Shown: positions 14,701 to 27,308, counted from the first letter of the stretch. The stretch is 64,000 nt of DNA from Paraphysomonas bandaiensis (GCA_965644295.1 CBFFRP010000378.1:372001-436000); one strand, 5' to 3'. A program made the numbers and translations. The notes: generated by a model from the letters alone, not told the origin.

Positions 14701-15037
14701 TTGTACAATGTCAAACAGTACTTGTGTAATACTGTTGTTCAATCTTTAGGAATTGAGGCACTCGTGCATAGCGCACAACTAAAGACAATGATGGGAGATA
14801 TGAAGGGGTCGCTTGGGCTGAGCGAACGTGCCCTTCCATTGGTCCGCAGCAGAGACGAGGTAATACGAATACACGTTAATGTCTAATTCCACGATACACG
14901 TGTATTTCTCAAGATTTTGCTGAGCTAATATGAATTGTAATGTGTAGGCATTGGAAGTCCTCAACATTAAAATCATGACGGAGGCCCAGCTTGCTGCTGT
15001 TGAAGAAATTCAGCGTTCTAATGGCGTGACTGCCTAA
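11764..15037 (+). CDS. TOM70: Mitochondrial import receptor Tom70-like TPR protein, multi-exon
   Basis: N-terminal signal anchor (LIFGGSVLIALIGVGLFYWF), acidic linker, clamp-type TPRs (LYNNRSAMYEK; KARVRRARIYE), an LPS...FMDSF segment and C-terminal TPRs. Stop TAA at 15035-15037. Confidence 0.8.
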
Positions 15038-15791
15038 TCATGCAGTAATTGGTGACACGATGTGATGCCAGAGCTGCGATTTAGTTGAGTATGCGTGATG
15101 GGCGTCAGTATATTCTTTGCACTACAGAGAGCGTGTGTAGTTGCCACGGCTTGTAGTTCTTGTACGATGGGCCTGGCAGTTGGTAATAGAATTATTGAAT
15201 GGTGGATGAGTAATAATAACTTTTGCAATCTAACAATCGATCCGTATCATTTGTTTTTCGAAAATATGAAGATGTCGCTTATCAAACATTAGTACTCTCC
15301 ATTTGAGTAGATGTTTTCTTTTGTGTCGTCTCCTTGAGTACTACCATGCATATCTAGTATTAGAGCTCGGTAGCAAAATAAAATAAATTGTATGCTATTG
15401 TTGGAAAGTCAGAGAACTACTACAACACTAATGATGGTAACCTAGTTTACAATACTATTTTAATATACTATTCCCTAGCCCACTTTACTATAAACTATAA
15501 AGTATGATTAAGAACAGAAGTGCAGTTTTCTAAGTTTAAAACATCTAACGTCGCTAATACCTCAGATTTACTGATTTAGTTACTCAGTGACATAACGGTT
15601 AATATTTATAAATAATAGATCTCTGTAGTGGAGCGACTGCAGTAGTTTCAACGAAACCCAGAAAATATTGTAGATATAGCACATATATCTTATGGTGGGG
15701 GTATATGCGTACTCGCAAAACACAATTTAGGAAAGGTGTAGAGCAGAGTTACCCAGTGTTATGGCCGGGATATTAAGAAGTCAGTCAATTA

Positions 15792-16307
15792 TTATATGCC
15801 ATGAAATATTATATATAGCAAACCACATAACACCATCACGACTACTGCTGCAGTGCCTCTAGATATCCTTCTCTTCTTATCATACAAGTGCAGTTCACTG
15901 AAAGGGCTCGTCATAATAGCAGTCCGTCCATCTCTCGTTAATACATTTCCCTTTTCATCTAGTAGCACTAGTGTTGGTATACCCATTACCCATAAAGCTC
16001 TACTAAGTGCAGAGCTTACAGTAGTTTCATCATAACTTAACATCTTCCATGGCATAGTTTTAAAATATTCATATGCTTCAATCGCATTATGATCATTAGA
16101 TATAAAAATAATTTCAAATTTATATCCATTATTTAATATTTCAATGTATTTATTTATTAATAATGGTGTAAAGTATCTACATGGACCACACCAGTGAGCA
16201 GAGAAGTAGATTCCAATGATGTGATGATGTAATGAATCAATTGTATATTGATTTTGATTATTATCAATGATTTTTGATGATTTGAATATGTTTAATATGT
16301 TTGACAT
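15792..16307 (-). CDS. Nucleoredoxin/tryparedoxin-like thioredoxin with C-terminal TM helix
   Basis: GIYFSAHWCGPCR.FTP.L, FEIIFISND, MPW, GIPTLVLL...GR motifs; hydrophobic tail. Confidence 0.92.
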   Translation of the reverse strand: MSNILNIFKSSKIIDNNQNQYTIDSLHHHIIGIYFSAHWCGPCRYFTPLLINKYIEILNNGYKFEIIFISNDHNAIEAYEYFKTMPWKMLSYDETTVSSALSRALWVMGIPTLVLLDEKGNVLTRDGRTAIMTSPFSELHLYDKKRRISRGTAAVVVMVLCGLLYIIFHGI

Positions 16308-16439
16308 GATTATATGGATGTGTAGTGATGGTGTATGTTAAAGTATGGGAGGAGATGTATAGATATGATTATGATGGTGGATGCTGGAGATATACATGTA
16401 CATACTCTTGTTTATGTGGTGGATCTCTGTGTTAGCTAT

Positions 16440-16630
16440 GTACTGCTATAGTGTACCTCTGTACTGCTATAGTGTACCTCTGTACTGCTGTAGTGTACTT
16501 CTGTACTGCTGTAGTGTACCTCTGTACTGCTATAGTGTACTTCTGTACTGCTGTAGTGTACCTCTGTACTGCTGTAGTGTGCTGTGGTGTACCTCTGTAC
16601 TGCTGTAGTGTACCTCTGTACTGCTACAGT
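16440..16630. repeat. 21-bp minisatellite (GTACTGCTRTAGTGTACYTCT)
   Basis: About 9 tandem units in the divergent intergenic region. Confidence 0.93.
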
Positions 16631-16889
16631 CTAGCATGCTTTTTCTTGGAACTCACATAGCAGTACGACATACCAGTGAAGTATGTACTGTGTATAAAAT
16701 TATATATATAGTATATGCAGACACGTACATGTAGAGAGGAACATATATGAGGAACACCATACATAAAGTACTGTAACACTAACACCTAACACCACATAGA
16801 GATCCATCTACTCATATATACATACATAATCTAATCATATCAATTAGATACCAAACATACTAACCTTCTCATAGATTATATATCATATC

Positions 16890-18543
16890 ATGTCAACCTA
16901 TCAATGTATTGGTTATGAACCTACTAATAAACCTACAGGAATATTTACAATTAAATTTATATTAGGTGCTTTATATTTTCTTAATCAACGTCCAGGTATA
17001 TTCATAGCCCCTTATTTATTAGTAAATGGATGGCGTGAAAGTAGAATTGGTATTGTATTATTTATAAGTGGTTTAATAGGATTAGTTGTACAAACTCCTG
17101 CAGGACAATTAACGGATGAAATTAAACGAAAGAGTTTGATTATATGGATAACAAATGCATTAACAACTATTGGATGTTTATGTTTAGTTTATTCATCTAA
17201 TTTTGGTATTATTACAGCAGCAGTATCTGCAACAGTAATTAGTGATGCTTTTTCTTTTCCTGCTCTATATGCATTGACTTTAGGATTGGTTGGTCCCAGT
17301 GGTATTGTTCAACAAGTTCCTCTGAACGAAACATTTACCCATTTCGGAAATGCTTCATTTGCCATTCTATGTGGAATTCTTGTTGCATTTACAGACGGCG
17401 GGATGGCCATATTTTGGATATGTGTTGTTATGCGCGCGGGGAGTTGCTTTGTAATATCTACTATAAACGATCGTGCCATTGACCCCTCTAGAGCTCGTGG
17501 ATTAGAAACGAAATCAGGAGAAATGGCTTCTGAACCAGTCTCTTACACTTCTTTGCTTACAGATTATTATGTGATTGTATTTCTTACTGCCGTGCTGCTC
17601 TTTCATTTTTCCAATGCTGCAATGTTGCCTCTCTTGTCCCAACAACTCTTCCTGGACAATACGGAACGAGGGTTCGAATTTGCTGCATTAGCAGTGATAA
17701 CTGCTCAAATAAGCATGGTTGCTTCAGCTATCTGTGCCGGTATGCTTGTACCAATATTTGGCACTAAACCTTTGTTTCTCACTGCCCTGGCTGCTATCCC
17801 TATCAGGGGGGCGATTATAGTTCTTTTGTTGTCTTATCACCCTGACAATTACATGTTACTGGCGACTCAAATTTTAGATGGGGTTGCTGGGGGTATCTTT
17901 GGAGTGCTACTTGTACTAATTGCAGAGAACTTGGCGAGGTAATTGCTTATGTGATGCTGGTTTGACCCAGAGTTGCTTGTTGCATCCACTTGAGTTCTAT
18001 TCGTTGCTTTTTTTATTGATTGATGATTGTGTGAGGTGGTATAGAGTAAAATCGCAGAATAAACCATGCTACAATTTTATCAATGGCTTTATGTATAGCA
18101 GTAATAGTATTTTTCTTCGCAGGGGAAGTGGACGCTTCGCCTTACTAGTAGGTCTTGGTAAGACAGCTGAAGGGGTTGGTGCTGCTTTCAGTAATCTTGT
18201 TGGTGAAGCCGCTGCCGAGAGTTATGGATATCGCACTGCCTTTGCGATCCTCAGCATCGCTGCAGTGGTCCCGCTTTTATTTTATGGAGCATTGATGCCA
18301 TCTGCGAGATTCACAGATGGGGAAGCCATTGACGATCTCTCCATCTCATTATCAAATAAGAGTACCTTCGGAGGAAGTGAGCATGGGTCAGAGGACAACT
18401 CATGGACGGCGCTTGGAGCAAAGCGAAATGGTAACGAAGGCCTCCTCAGTGGTCGGAATAACAGTACAGATGGTAGTAGAAACAGACAAGGTACAGTGAC
18501 CGCAGTAAAAACTCCACTTCATCGAATGGATATGGAGCTCTAA
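16890..18543 (+). CDS. Major facilitator superfamily transporter
   Basis: About 12 TM segments; QTPAGQLTD, LFHFSNAAMLPL and QILDGVAGGIFG motifs; intron ~17939-18122 joins LAR to GSGRF. Confidence 0.9.
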
Positions 18544-18878
18544 GAACCACTCTCTGTGAATATTGATGATATTATATGGGCTAATAGTTTCATACGTTTC
18601 AACGACTAATAATTGCGAAGAATTTTGTAGTTTTTTACATTTAACGAGGTATTATACGTATATTTTAGTCAATAAATGTAAATTTTATCAGCAATCGTAG
18701 TGATACACCACATATTGTGCTGTGATAAAAAAGTTACTCGTGAAAGTTTAGTTTCGATATTTACGTTGTCAATGTGCCCTCAATGAAGTGGTAGGAGTCA
18801 AAGGAATTGCGTGATTTGTGCACCATATGAATCCTGGTCTTGATAAAGCATCATGTACTTATCTACTCTTCCTGAGAG

Positions 18879-18967
18879 AAAGTGGTTGCACCTTGGTGCT
18901 TGCGATGACGCACAAGCAACTTTCGTAGCGTTAAATAGTAGGGTATCAGAGTTAAGCATGATTAGTT
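18879..18967 (+). repeat. Dispersed repeat with stem-loop (further copies at 44457-44544 and partially 25150-25165); possible retroelement 3' end
   Basis: AAGTGGTYGCACCTTGGTGCTTGCGRYGACGCACAAGCA...GTAGCGTTAAATAGTAGG shared between copies. Confidence 0.7.
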
Positions 18968-19320
18968 AGTTAAATTGTTTCGCTACCTTAGTTCTGACTC
19001 TTACTTGCCTACTATCTACTCTTCAATTTAAAATGAAAAAACTTCGTTATTTAATAACACATCTTCATGACATTGAATTAGTAGTGTTTAATATACCATA
19101 TACCACTGGAGAGTAATTATCTAGTGCATCCTTTCTTATCCTGTAAGAATCGCTGTACTTCCTCCTTCCAGACAAGAAGTGCTATTAGATACTTATAGCA
19201 GCACCACAGTGTATTCACGATAAACAGTTCAGCAATCATATCAAGGTATGAACATATGTACAAACGCTTCAACGTACTTTTAAAAATCAGCTTAAGCTGT
19301 AATCCGCTACTAGCTTAATG

Positions 19321-20439
19321 TCAGCGATCGACATTGGAGCGCTTTGTTTGTTTCAACTTTTCCAACCGCAGTTGCTGAATTTTTGTTTTTTCATTTTCCA
19401 ACTCCAGTTGAAGCCGAAGTCGACAAATTTTTGTTCTTTCATTTTCCAACTCTAGTTGAAGGCGATGACGCTGTAGATTTGTTCTTTCATTTTCCAAGGC
19501 ATTTGAACTAGATGCAATTAAAGATTGCACAAACGACATTATTGCTTCACCATCCCAATCTTCCTCTTCATCTTCTTCTTCGTCCTCTTCATCATCTTCC
19601 TCGTCCTCTTCATCATCATCTTCTTCTTCTTCCTCTTCATCATCCTCCACTTCTTCTTCCTCTTCATCTTCCTCCACTTCTTCTTCCTCTTCATCTTCCT
19701 CCACTTCATCCTCATCGTCGTTTCGTGCTGTGGAAGAATCACAGCGCCTCCTCTTCTTATTGTTCCCTGCAGTTGTTAGTAATACGAAATAAACGGTTAT
19801 TAGAGCCTTACCTGTAGCAAAATCTGTTTTATGAACTCCAGTAATACGCTGAGGTGTGGTAGCACGGGTCTTATCTGCGGCCACTTTCTTTATCCATTCG
19901 ATGCGAACTTCATTATACATAACAATTACATAATACTAAATGTAAATTACACCAGTACCGGCAGCAATAGACCGCAGTGAAGAACCAACACGTGCATTGA
20001 ATTTATCCTTCTCTATCCGTCTCTGCCTTATTGATTCCTTGGATTTCCCTTCCACAGCACTTTTAATATTGAGGATGTTGAAGAAGTCAACATATTCATT
20101 ATTAGCCATTATGATATTAGGTATATCAACAAGAACACATCTAATTATATTATGCAATGCCGATGGATTTATAGATCGATAGGCGTGCATTGCAACAGGA
20201 TCACCAGAAAGACTCTCTCTCAAGCTGGTTACCAAAGCAACCATTCGATCATACCGACTCTGCTTAACTCCTTCTACATGTTCAGCAGTAGTAGAGCTGC
20301 TAGTACGTTCATCTATACAGAAAGGATTTTCTGATGGTGCAACAGTCTCTAGAAACCTGATGAGTTCTGTTGCAAAGTGAGGACGGAGATAACACGTCAT
20401 TGCAGCTGCTTTGAGAGTTGAAATATGAATAGAAGACAT
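19321..20439 (-). CDS. Hypothetical protein with acidic D/E tract and three 16-aa coiled-coil repeats
   Basis: Two ORFs join in frame through a GT..AG intron, plus a second 45-nt in-frame intron. Contains a KKRRR putative NLS. No family recognised. Confidence 0.55.
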
Positions 20440-21053
20440 ATCATTTGAAAGCCCATGAGGTCCCAGGTGTTAATGATGCAACACCTAGTACAAATATGTA
20501 TGTTGTTTAGCATCATATGTAGCAATAGAGTATCTTAAGTGTTGTGGTGTTGGAAGCATATCTATTGAGGTGGTGTCCATAACGGTACTTGCAGCTATAG
20601 ATACTGAAAATCCTACAGATTAAGACTGCGAAAATACTAAAATCACGATTTTAGATAAATATAGGTGGTTTTATTCTAATTTTTTGTCGTTCGTATTACA
20701 TTTTGTCTGCAAAAGTGTAAAAATGATGGATATTATGACATTTTCCATTTTATTGAAAGCTTTTCCAGCAATAGAAGCATACCATACCGTCACATCTCAA
20801 AACAAGAATGTTGAAGTGAGAATGTGTGGAAGGTGGAAGTGGAGTCCTCATCTATCATACCATACATATACAGAGCAGAGTACATATGTATGTATCGTAG
20901 AGTATCTATCGTATCATATAAAAGAAGAATGAAGTCGAGGAAGTGAGAATTGAAGTGAGATGATGGATATGTATGTGCAGTAGATATACATATATATGAG
21001 TATTAGTGTAATCTAACCATCATTATACTGTCTATATATACATATACATAGTC

Positions 21054-24000
21054 ATGTTAGAGGATTGGAGTTACTTAACATCCACCCCTGATCAATTTCA
21101 TGATGATGATCTTGATACAGAAAGTTCTGTAAGGTATTGTATGCTAGTTGTTCTATAGTAATGTAATGGATAGTATGCAGATTACATGAGTCCATGTATA
21201 TACCGCAAGATAATGATAATGAAAGCATTATGCATGATATGGAAGAGACTGGTGATGAAACAGATGAATATGCTATAACTAAAGATTGCAAAAAAATCAG
21301 TGTCAATTTCTTAAAATCAGTAATGCATATGTAAGTCCTCCTGTACATACACTGCTATACTACTCATACACTGCTATACATACCACTGCTATACATACCA
21401 CTGCTATACTACTCATACACTGCTATACATACCACTGCTATACATACCACTGCTATACATACCACTGCTATACTACTCATACACTGCTATACATACCACT
21501 GCTATACTACTCATACACTGCTATACATACCACTGCTATACATATCACTGCTATACTACTCATACACTGCTATACATACCACTGCTATACTACTCATACA
21601 CTGCTATGCATACCACTGCTATACATACCACTGCTATTCATATCACTGCTGTACTACTCATATACTGCTATACATACCACTGCTGTACTACTCATACACT
21701 GCTATACATACCACTGCTATACATACCACTGCTATTCATATCACTGCTGTACTACTCATATACTGCTATACATACCACTGCTATACATACCACTGCTATA
21801 CTACTCATACACTGCTATACATACCACTGCTATACTACTCATACACTGCTATGCATACCACTGCTATACATACCACTGCTATACATACCACTGCTATACT
21901 ACTCATACACTGCTATACATACCACTGCTATACTACTCATACACTGCTATACATACCACTGCTATACATACCACTGCTATACTACTCATACACTGCTATA
22001 CATACCACTGCTATACTACTCATACACTGCTATGCATACCACTGCTATACATACCACTGCTATTCATATCACTGCTGTACTACTCATATACTGCTATACA
22101 TACCACTGCTGTACTACTCATACACTGCTATACATACCACTGCTATACATACCACTGCTATTCATATCACTGCTGTACTACTCATATACTGCTATACATA
22201 CCACTGCTATACATACCACTGCTATACTACTCATACACTGCTATACATACCACTGCTATACTACTCATACACTGCTATACATACCACTGCTATACATACC
22301 ACTGCTGTACTACTCATACACTGCTATACATACCACTGCTATACATACCACTGCTATTCATACCACTGCTGTACTACTCATATACTGCTATTCATACCAC
22401 TGCTATACTACTCATACACTGCTATACATGTCACTGCTATACATACCACTGCTATTCATATCACTGCTGTACTACTCATATACTGCTAAACATACCACTG
22501 CTATACATGTCACTGCTGTACTACTCATACACTGCTATACTACTCATATACTGCTATACATACCACTGCTATACATGTCACTGCTGTACTACTCATACAC
22601 TGCTATACTACTCATGTACTGCTATACATACCACTGCTATACATGTCACTGCTATACTTACCACTGCTATACTACTCATATTCTGCTATACATGTCACAG
22701 CTATACTTATCACTGCTGTACTACTCATATACTGCTATACATAACACTGCAATACTTATCACAGCTGTACTACTCATATACTGCTATTCATATCACTGCT
22801 GTACTACTCATATACTGCTATGCATATCACTGCTGTACTGCTCATATACTCCTATACATAACACTTCTATGTATAATCACTACTAATTGCTATTCTACTC
22901 ATACCACTACTATACTACTTATATTAGATATATATTACAACTGTTAAGCATACTACTATACATGTATATACTATTGACATGACTAGTAAGCTACTCATTA
23001 ACACTGTACTGCTATACTACATGACTACTAAACAATTCACTATTTGTATAACTACTATGCATATGACTACGGAACACCCAACTACTATACTACTTACATG
23101 ACGACTACTACTATAATATAGACATGAGAAGTGCACAAATGAGTGCTATACCAAAACCTACCATACATAGAGCTAATATTCACATAAATTACTATGTGAA
23201 ACTACTACACATATATCTATTATATTCACATGATTACAACGTTTTACTACTACACACATGACTACTAAACCAGCCAGTATACGTAAAACCACTATACATA
23301 TAACTACTATAGTACCGTTAAATTATTAAACTCTCTACATAACTACTATACATAAGACTCTGTTCTACTCATAAAACCATCAAACTTCTAGACTGGCCAC
23401 TATACTACTCATATATTTACTATTCTTCTTGTAAACTACACTACTTATATAACTACTATGTTACTCATTTAACTACTCATAGACCGCTGAAGGAGGTTGC
23501 ATCGATGCTTCGTATGTCGAATAGTAACTTGAAAAAGATTTGTCGGTATGGAGCATAGTCTGAGTAAATATATAATTGTCATGTAATGTAGACGACTACA
23601 TATATATCATTGGCCTGCTCGTCAGATCATGTCGTTGCAGAAAACTGTAGATGGTTTGGTTAATTCTATTGCAAGTGGAAGTAGTGATGTGGATCTGGCA
23701 AGGTTGGTGATTGCTTCGCCAATATTTATCAGCTGTATGACTTTTTAATTTTTGCTTTATTGAAAGCACTGAGAATCGAATTGCAACTCTCCGTCAAAAT
23801 ATTGTAATACTACGAGAAAATGCTGTCAGAAAACCGGCTTCTACTAGTGCTGAGAAGGAGACGCCCCAGTCTTCGAAAATGACTTGCAGCTCTCTTTCGA
23901 CTTTGCCTGTGCGTGAAATTGAACCTGAGATGAAAACGGGACATAGAAATGAATCGAAAATAGTGAGTTTGGGTACGACAAGTGTGCGAGAGCGAGTGGA

Positions 24001-24365
24001 TAGTCAGCCCAAGGAGGGTCATCATGGTTAGTAAGATATCCTATATGAAGCGCCATTGTAATGAGTTTATAGGTACAGAAAGAGAAGAAAAAGCACCATC
24101 TATACGCAACACTTGCTACAGTAAGATGAAAACGGCACCACAAGAAATATACTGTCCGTATACAGTGACCCTCGCTCCTCTTCAGCGACAACCCCTTAGC
24201 CCGAAGCACTATCGTGTTCGTCTCCTGGAACCTGACATCAACCCAGTACCCTTTGGAGGTGAATCTATTGATGTATATCCTCTTGGCGTAAGTCTTCTGC
24301 TCTTACGGCGTCTCAAAACTACATCCACAATTCCTGCTGAGGCGGCACCCAAGCCGTATGTGTAA
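21054..24365 (+). CDS. RWP-RK domain transcription factor (variant motif HWPARQ), 6 exons
   Basis: Exons 21054-21133, 21181-21330, 23483-23545, 23592-23702, 23767-~24027 and 24073-24365 splice in frame to give ISVNFLKSVMHIPLKEVASMLRMSNSNLKKICRRLHIYHWPARQIMSL, the RWP-RK signature. Confidence 0.88.
21344..22880. repeat. Compound minisatellite (15-mer CATACCACTGCTATA and 19-mer CTACTCATACACTGCTATA) with a 426-bp higher-order duplication, inside an intron
   Basis: Tandem units are visible. The same variant pattern recurs at 21606 and 22032, and the array decays toward ~23470. Confidence 0.95.
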
Positions 24366-25286
24366 TCTGCATATCACCATAATGTGCTGCTTCGATATGC
24401 ACACTTTAGTCTGCTGTGATAATCACAGCAAGTCAATTATTTGTTAATTATATTTCTATTATTTTGTTTCTTGAGTTTTCCTTTCTTTTGTCGAATGATA
24501 GATATATAAAATATATATTATTTTCTTACATAATATTCTCATACTTTTTCTAGTCGTGTATCTTTCAATTCTAAATAAGTATTTAAACAGAAAAGCTAGT
24601 TTATAATTTTGTCTACTAGTTATATAGTTGTTAAACCGGTATATACCCCCTACTAGCGGGGATACCAACTATCTACATATATATACTACATGTCAACCCC
24701 AGTGAGGAGCGGGGAGTGTGCTGTTACGCTGTTACCAAGCCAAGGGATCCAGTGGCTCTCTATAAGCACTTCAGATTAGTAACGATTATCACTCACTTAG
24801 GAGTCTACCATTACTACTAACTGCTTGTTGGTTACGTATGACGGCTTTCGGCACTATAACACAACGATTTTCCCACATACGGATTCCTCATCTTTGCTAA
24901 GTTTTAATGGATGGACTCTTAATCGAGTGTAGGCTGAAAAATTTAATCTATATCTTTTGCCGCATCAGATGAGTCTATATACATAATCAAACTCTACGTC
25001 ATCTCGTTGATGCAATCGTTTCTAAAAAGAATAATCACTAAAATCAAGATGTGATCATCTCCTTTGCGCCTCGAAACTTAATTATCACATTATTTAGTCA
25101 AAAATATTATTATGAATAGTATTATTTTTACAGTGTTGCATAATCTTTAGCACCTTGGTGCTTGCAGTCTCCGTTGCAATCTCTGTATTATTGTACATTG
25201 TCTTCAAGTGACATACTGAATATACTTGAATAAGATTCATATTCCAATAGTAGGAGTTAGTTGGTCAGCAGGGGTATACCGCGATC

Positions 25287-26784
25287 CAGGCTTGCGTAAC
25301 CATTAATGGTAATGGCCTTCCCCCATAAAAGGAAAAAAAGCAATTCATTAATGGCCATAAAAATGGGGGAGAGATGTAGTGCCCATTAATGGCCATTAAT
25401 GGCAATATCCATTAGTTAGTATCCAGTTGTCAGCATCATGTAAGAATACGTGACAAACCACGACCTTCCGGTGTATTATTAGTTATTAATATATTATATA
25501 TACGTATTTAAGTCATTTAAACAATCTGTTTTAAGAATTCATATAAATTCTATTGATGTGATAACATCACAATCATGTTGTGAATGTTGACATGAATTGA
25601 TTGTACCACCTTCTTTTCTAGTTTTAAATTCACAGCCCAGCCACTTGTCAGCACAAGCAATAAGAACTTTATGTAATATATTATTATACAAAAAGGTAAA
25701 GATATGTAAAGACTGTGAGTATATAGTGAATAAGCAATAAACGGAGACTTTAATTTAAACGAGAAGAAATTACAACACGAGTGGCTCGATCATAATTGCA
25801 ATGTGTAGGTGGCAACGCATATCTAATATAATGAACAAATATTGCATTTTTAATACTTATTAAATCGCCATTTGCTCAGAGTTCTCAGTCCTGTGTTTTT
25901 GTTACTTTCTCCTGTGTTGACTTGTGATAATTTTAAAGACGATGTTACTGACTAACTACCTTCTGTACCACAGCACCGACGGATCGCGCAAGTAACATCA
26001 GACCTTCTTGCTAAGTGCAACAACGAAGTCGCATTGATGCTGCAGAAATCGTCTGTAGATCATTATGTTGTGCGTAGCATGTTCGACAAACTTATTGAAA
26101 ACTTTCCAGATATGGAACAGTATCTTGGTGCTAATGCTACCATTACAACTGACCCATTATTCGAGAGAGCTGTTGTGAAGATCCAAAGCCAACTGGAGAA
26201 TACTCTGACTGTTGCAGAATCTAAAACCGTTAAGGGCTATCTCCTTGCGGCTCATAAGGATGACGATAACAGTGGCGATGATGAAACGGGGGAAACAGGA
26301 GGATTTGCTGTGGATATAGTGAGAGAAGCTGTGGCAAAAAAGGCAAAGAACAGCAGGAAAGCCACTAAATATCGCTCCATGAATCATTTGGTGACGACTT
26401 CCAATATTGTTGAGCGATTATTTAGCAGAGTAAAACTTATTATGAGAGACCAGCGCAAGCTAATGGAACCCCAACATTTGGAGCTACTACTCTTTTTGCG
26501 TGTTGCAACAAATTCTTATGGAACGAAGTCACCATTGATGATATCATAGTTGCTGATGATGTTTAAGAATATTGTTCGCATTAGCTATCTGACCTGACTG
26601 TAACATGGGAACGAACTGCTCATCATTGCTGTTAAATAGCTAGTACTTAATCTAATTATTAACACTTTCCATTTACTTCTTTCTAAAGCAATAGTAATCA
26701 AACCATAAATGGTCCATTAATGGCCATAAAAATGGGGGAATCAATGCGTCGCCACTAATGGCCATTAATGGTTGCGCAAGCCTG
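25287..26784 (+). mobile_element. Non-autonomous hAT DNA transposon
   Basis: 23-bp TIRs CAGGCTTGCGYAACCATTAATGG; 8-bp TSD CCGCGATC at 25279-25286 and 26785-26792; subterminal CATTAATGGCC repeats; internal transposase C-terminus. Confidence 0.95.
26034..26549 (+). pseudogene. hAT transposase C-terminal (dimerisation) fragment
   Basis: TTSNIVERLFSRVKLIMRDQRKLMEPQHLELLLFLR; the N-terminal part is absent. Confidence 0.85.
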
Positions 26785-27308
26785 CCGCGATCAGTTAAAT
26801 TATCATTATTATCAATCCCCTGAGACTAGAACTTATTATAATTGAGTTGATGTACCGACTTAATTAGTATTTCACCCATTCAAACCTGCAACAATATCTT
26901 CTCTATCTACTATTATGAAAAAGGAAACAATTATGCGAATTGCTTCACTGTGCTGCGTCCCGCAGAATGTGGGAGTATTTCCCAATGCAATATTTAATTT
27001 GCTTATCTCGGATACAAGTAGAAGCAACACACAAATATTCCATAACAACCGTAAACCGGTATTCCCCAGGGGGTATACCAACCAAACTGCTAATGAGGAT
27101 TATAAATCCTATCACATTCACTTAGTTACTAAACTCAACATGACATATTCGCTTGTCCAGTTGAGTTTGATTGTGATTAATATAGAGTGTATAATATTCT
27201 CTATGATTTAAACAAATGTATACGTATTGAAAGTAAGCATATTAGCAATTTGCTTGACGGCACAATGAAATATAGTTGTCCATATCTTCTTGAGTCTGAA
27301 TACGAAAT

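Noticed and set aside
21286-22947. 553-, 426- and 212-aa repetitive ORFs; superficially CRISPR-like array
   Set aside because: An intronic minisatellite with no unique spacers and no cas genes, in a eukaryotic context.
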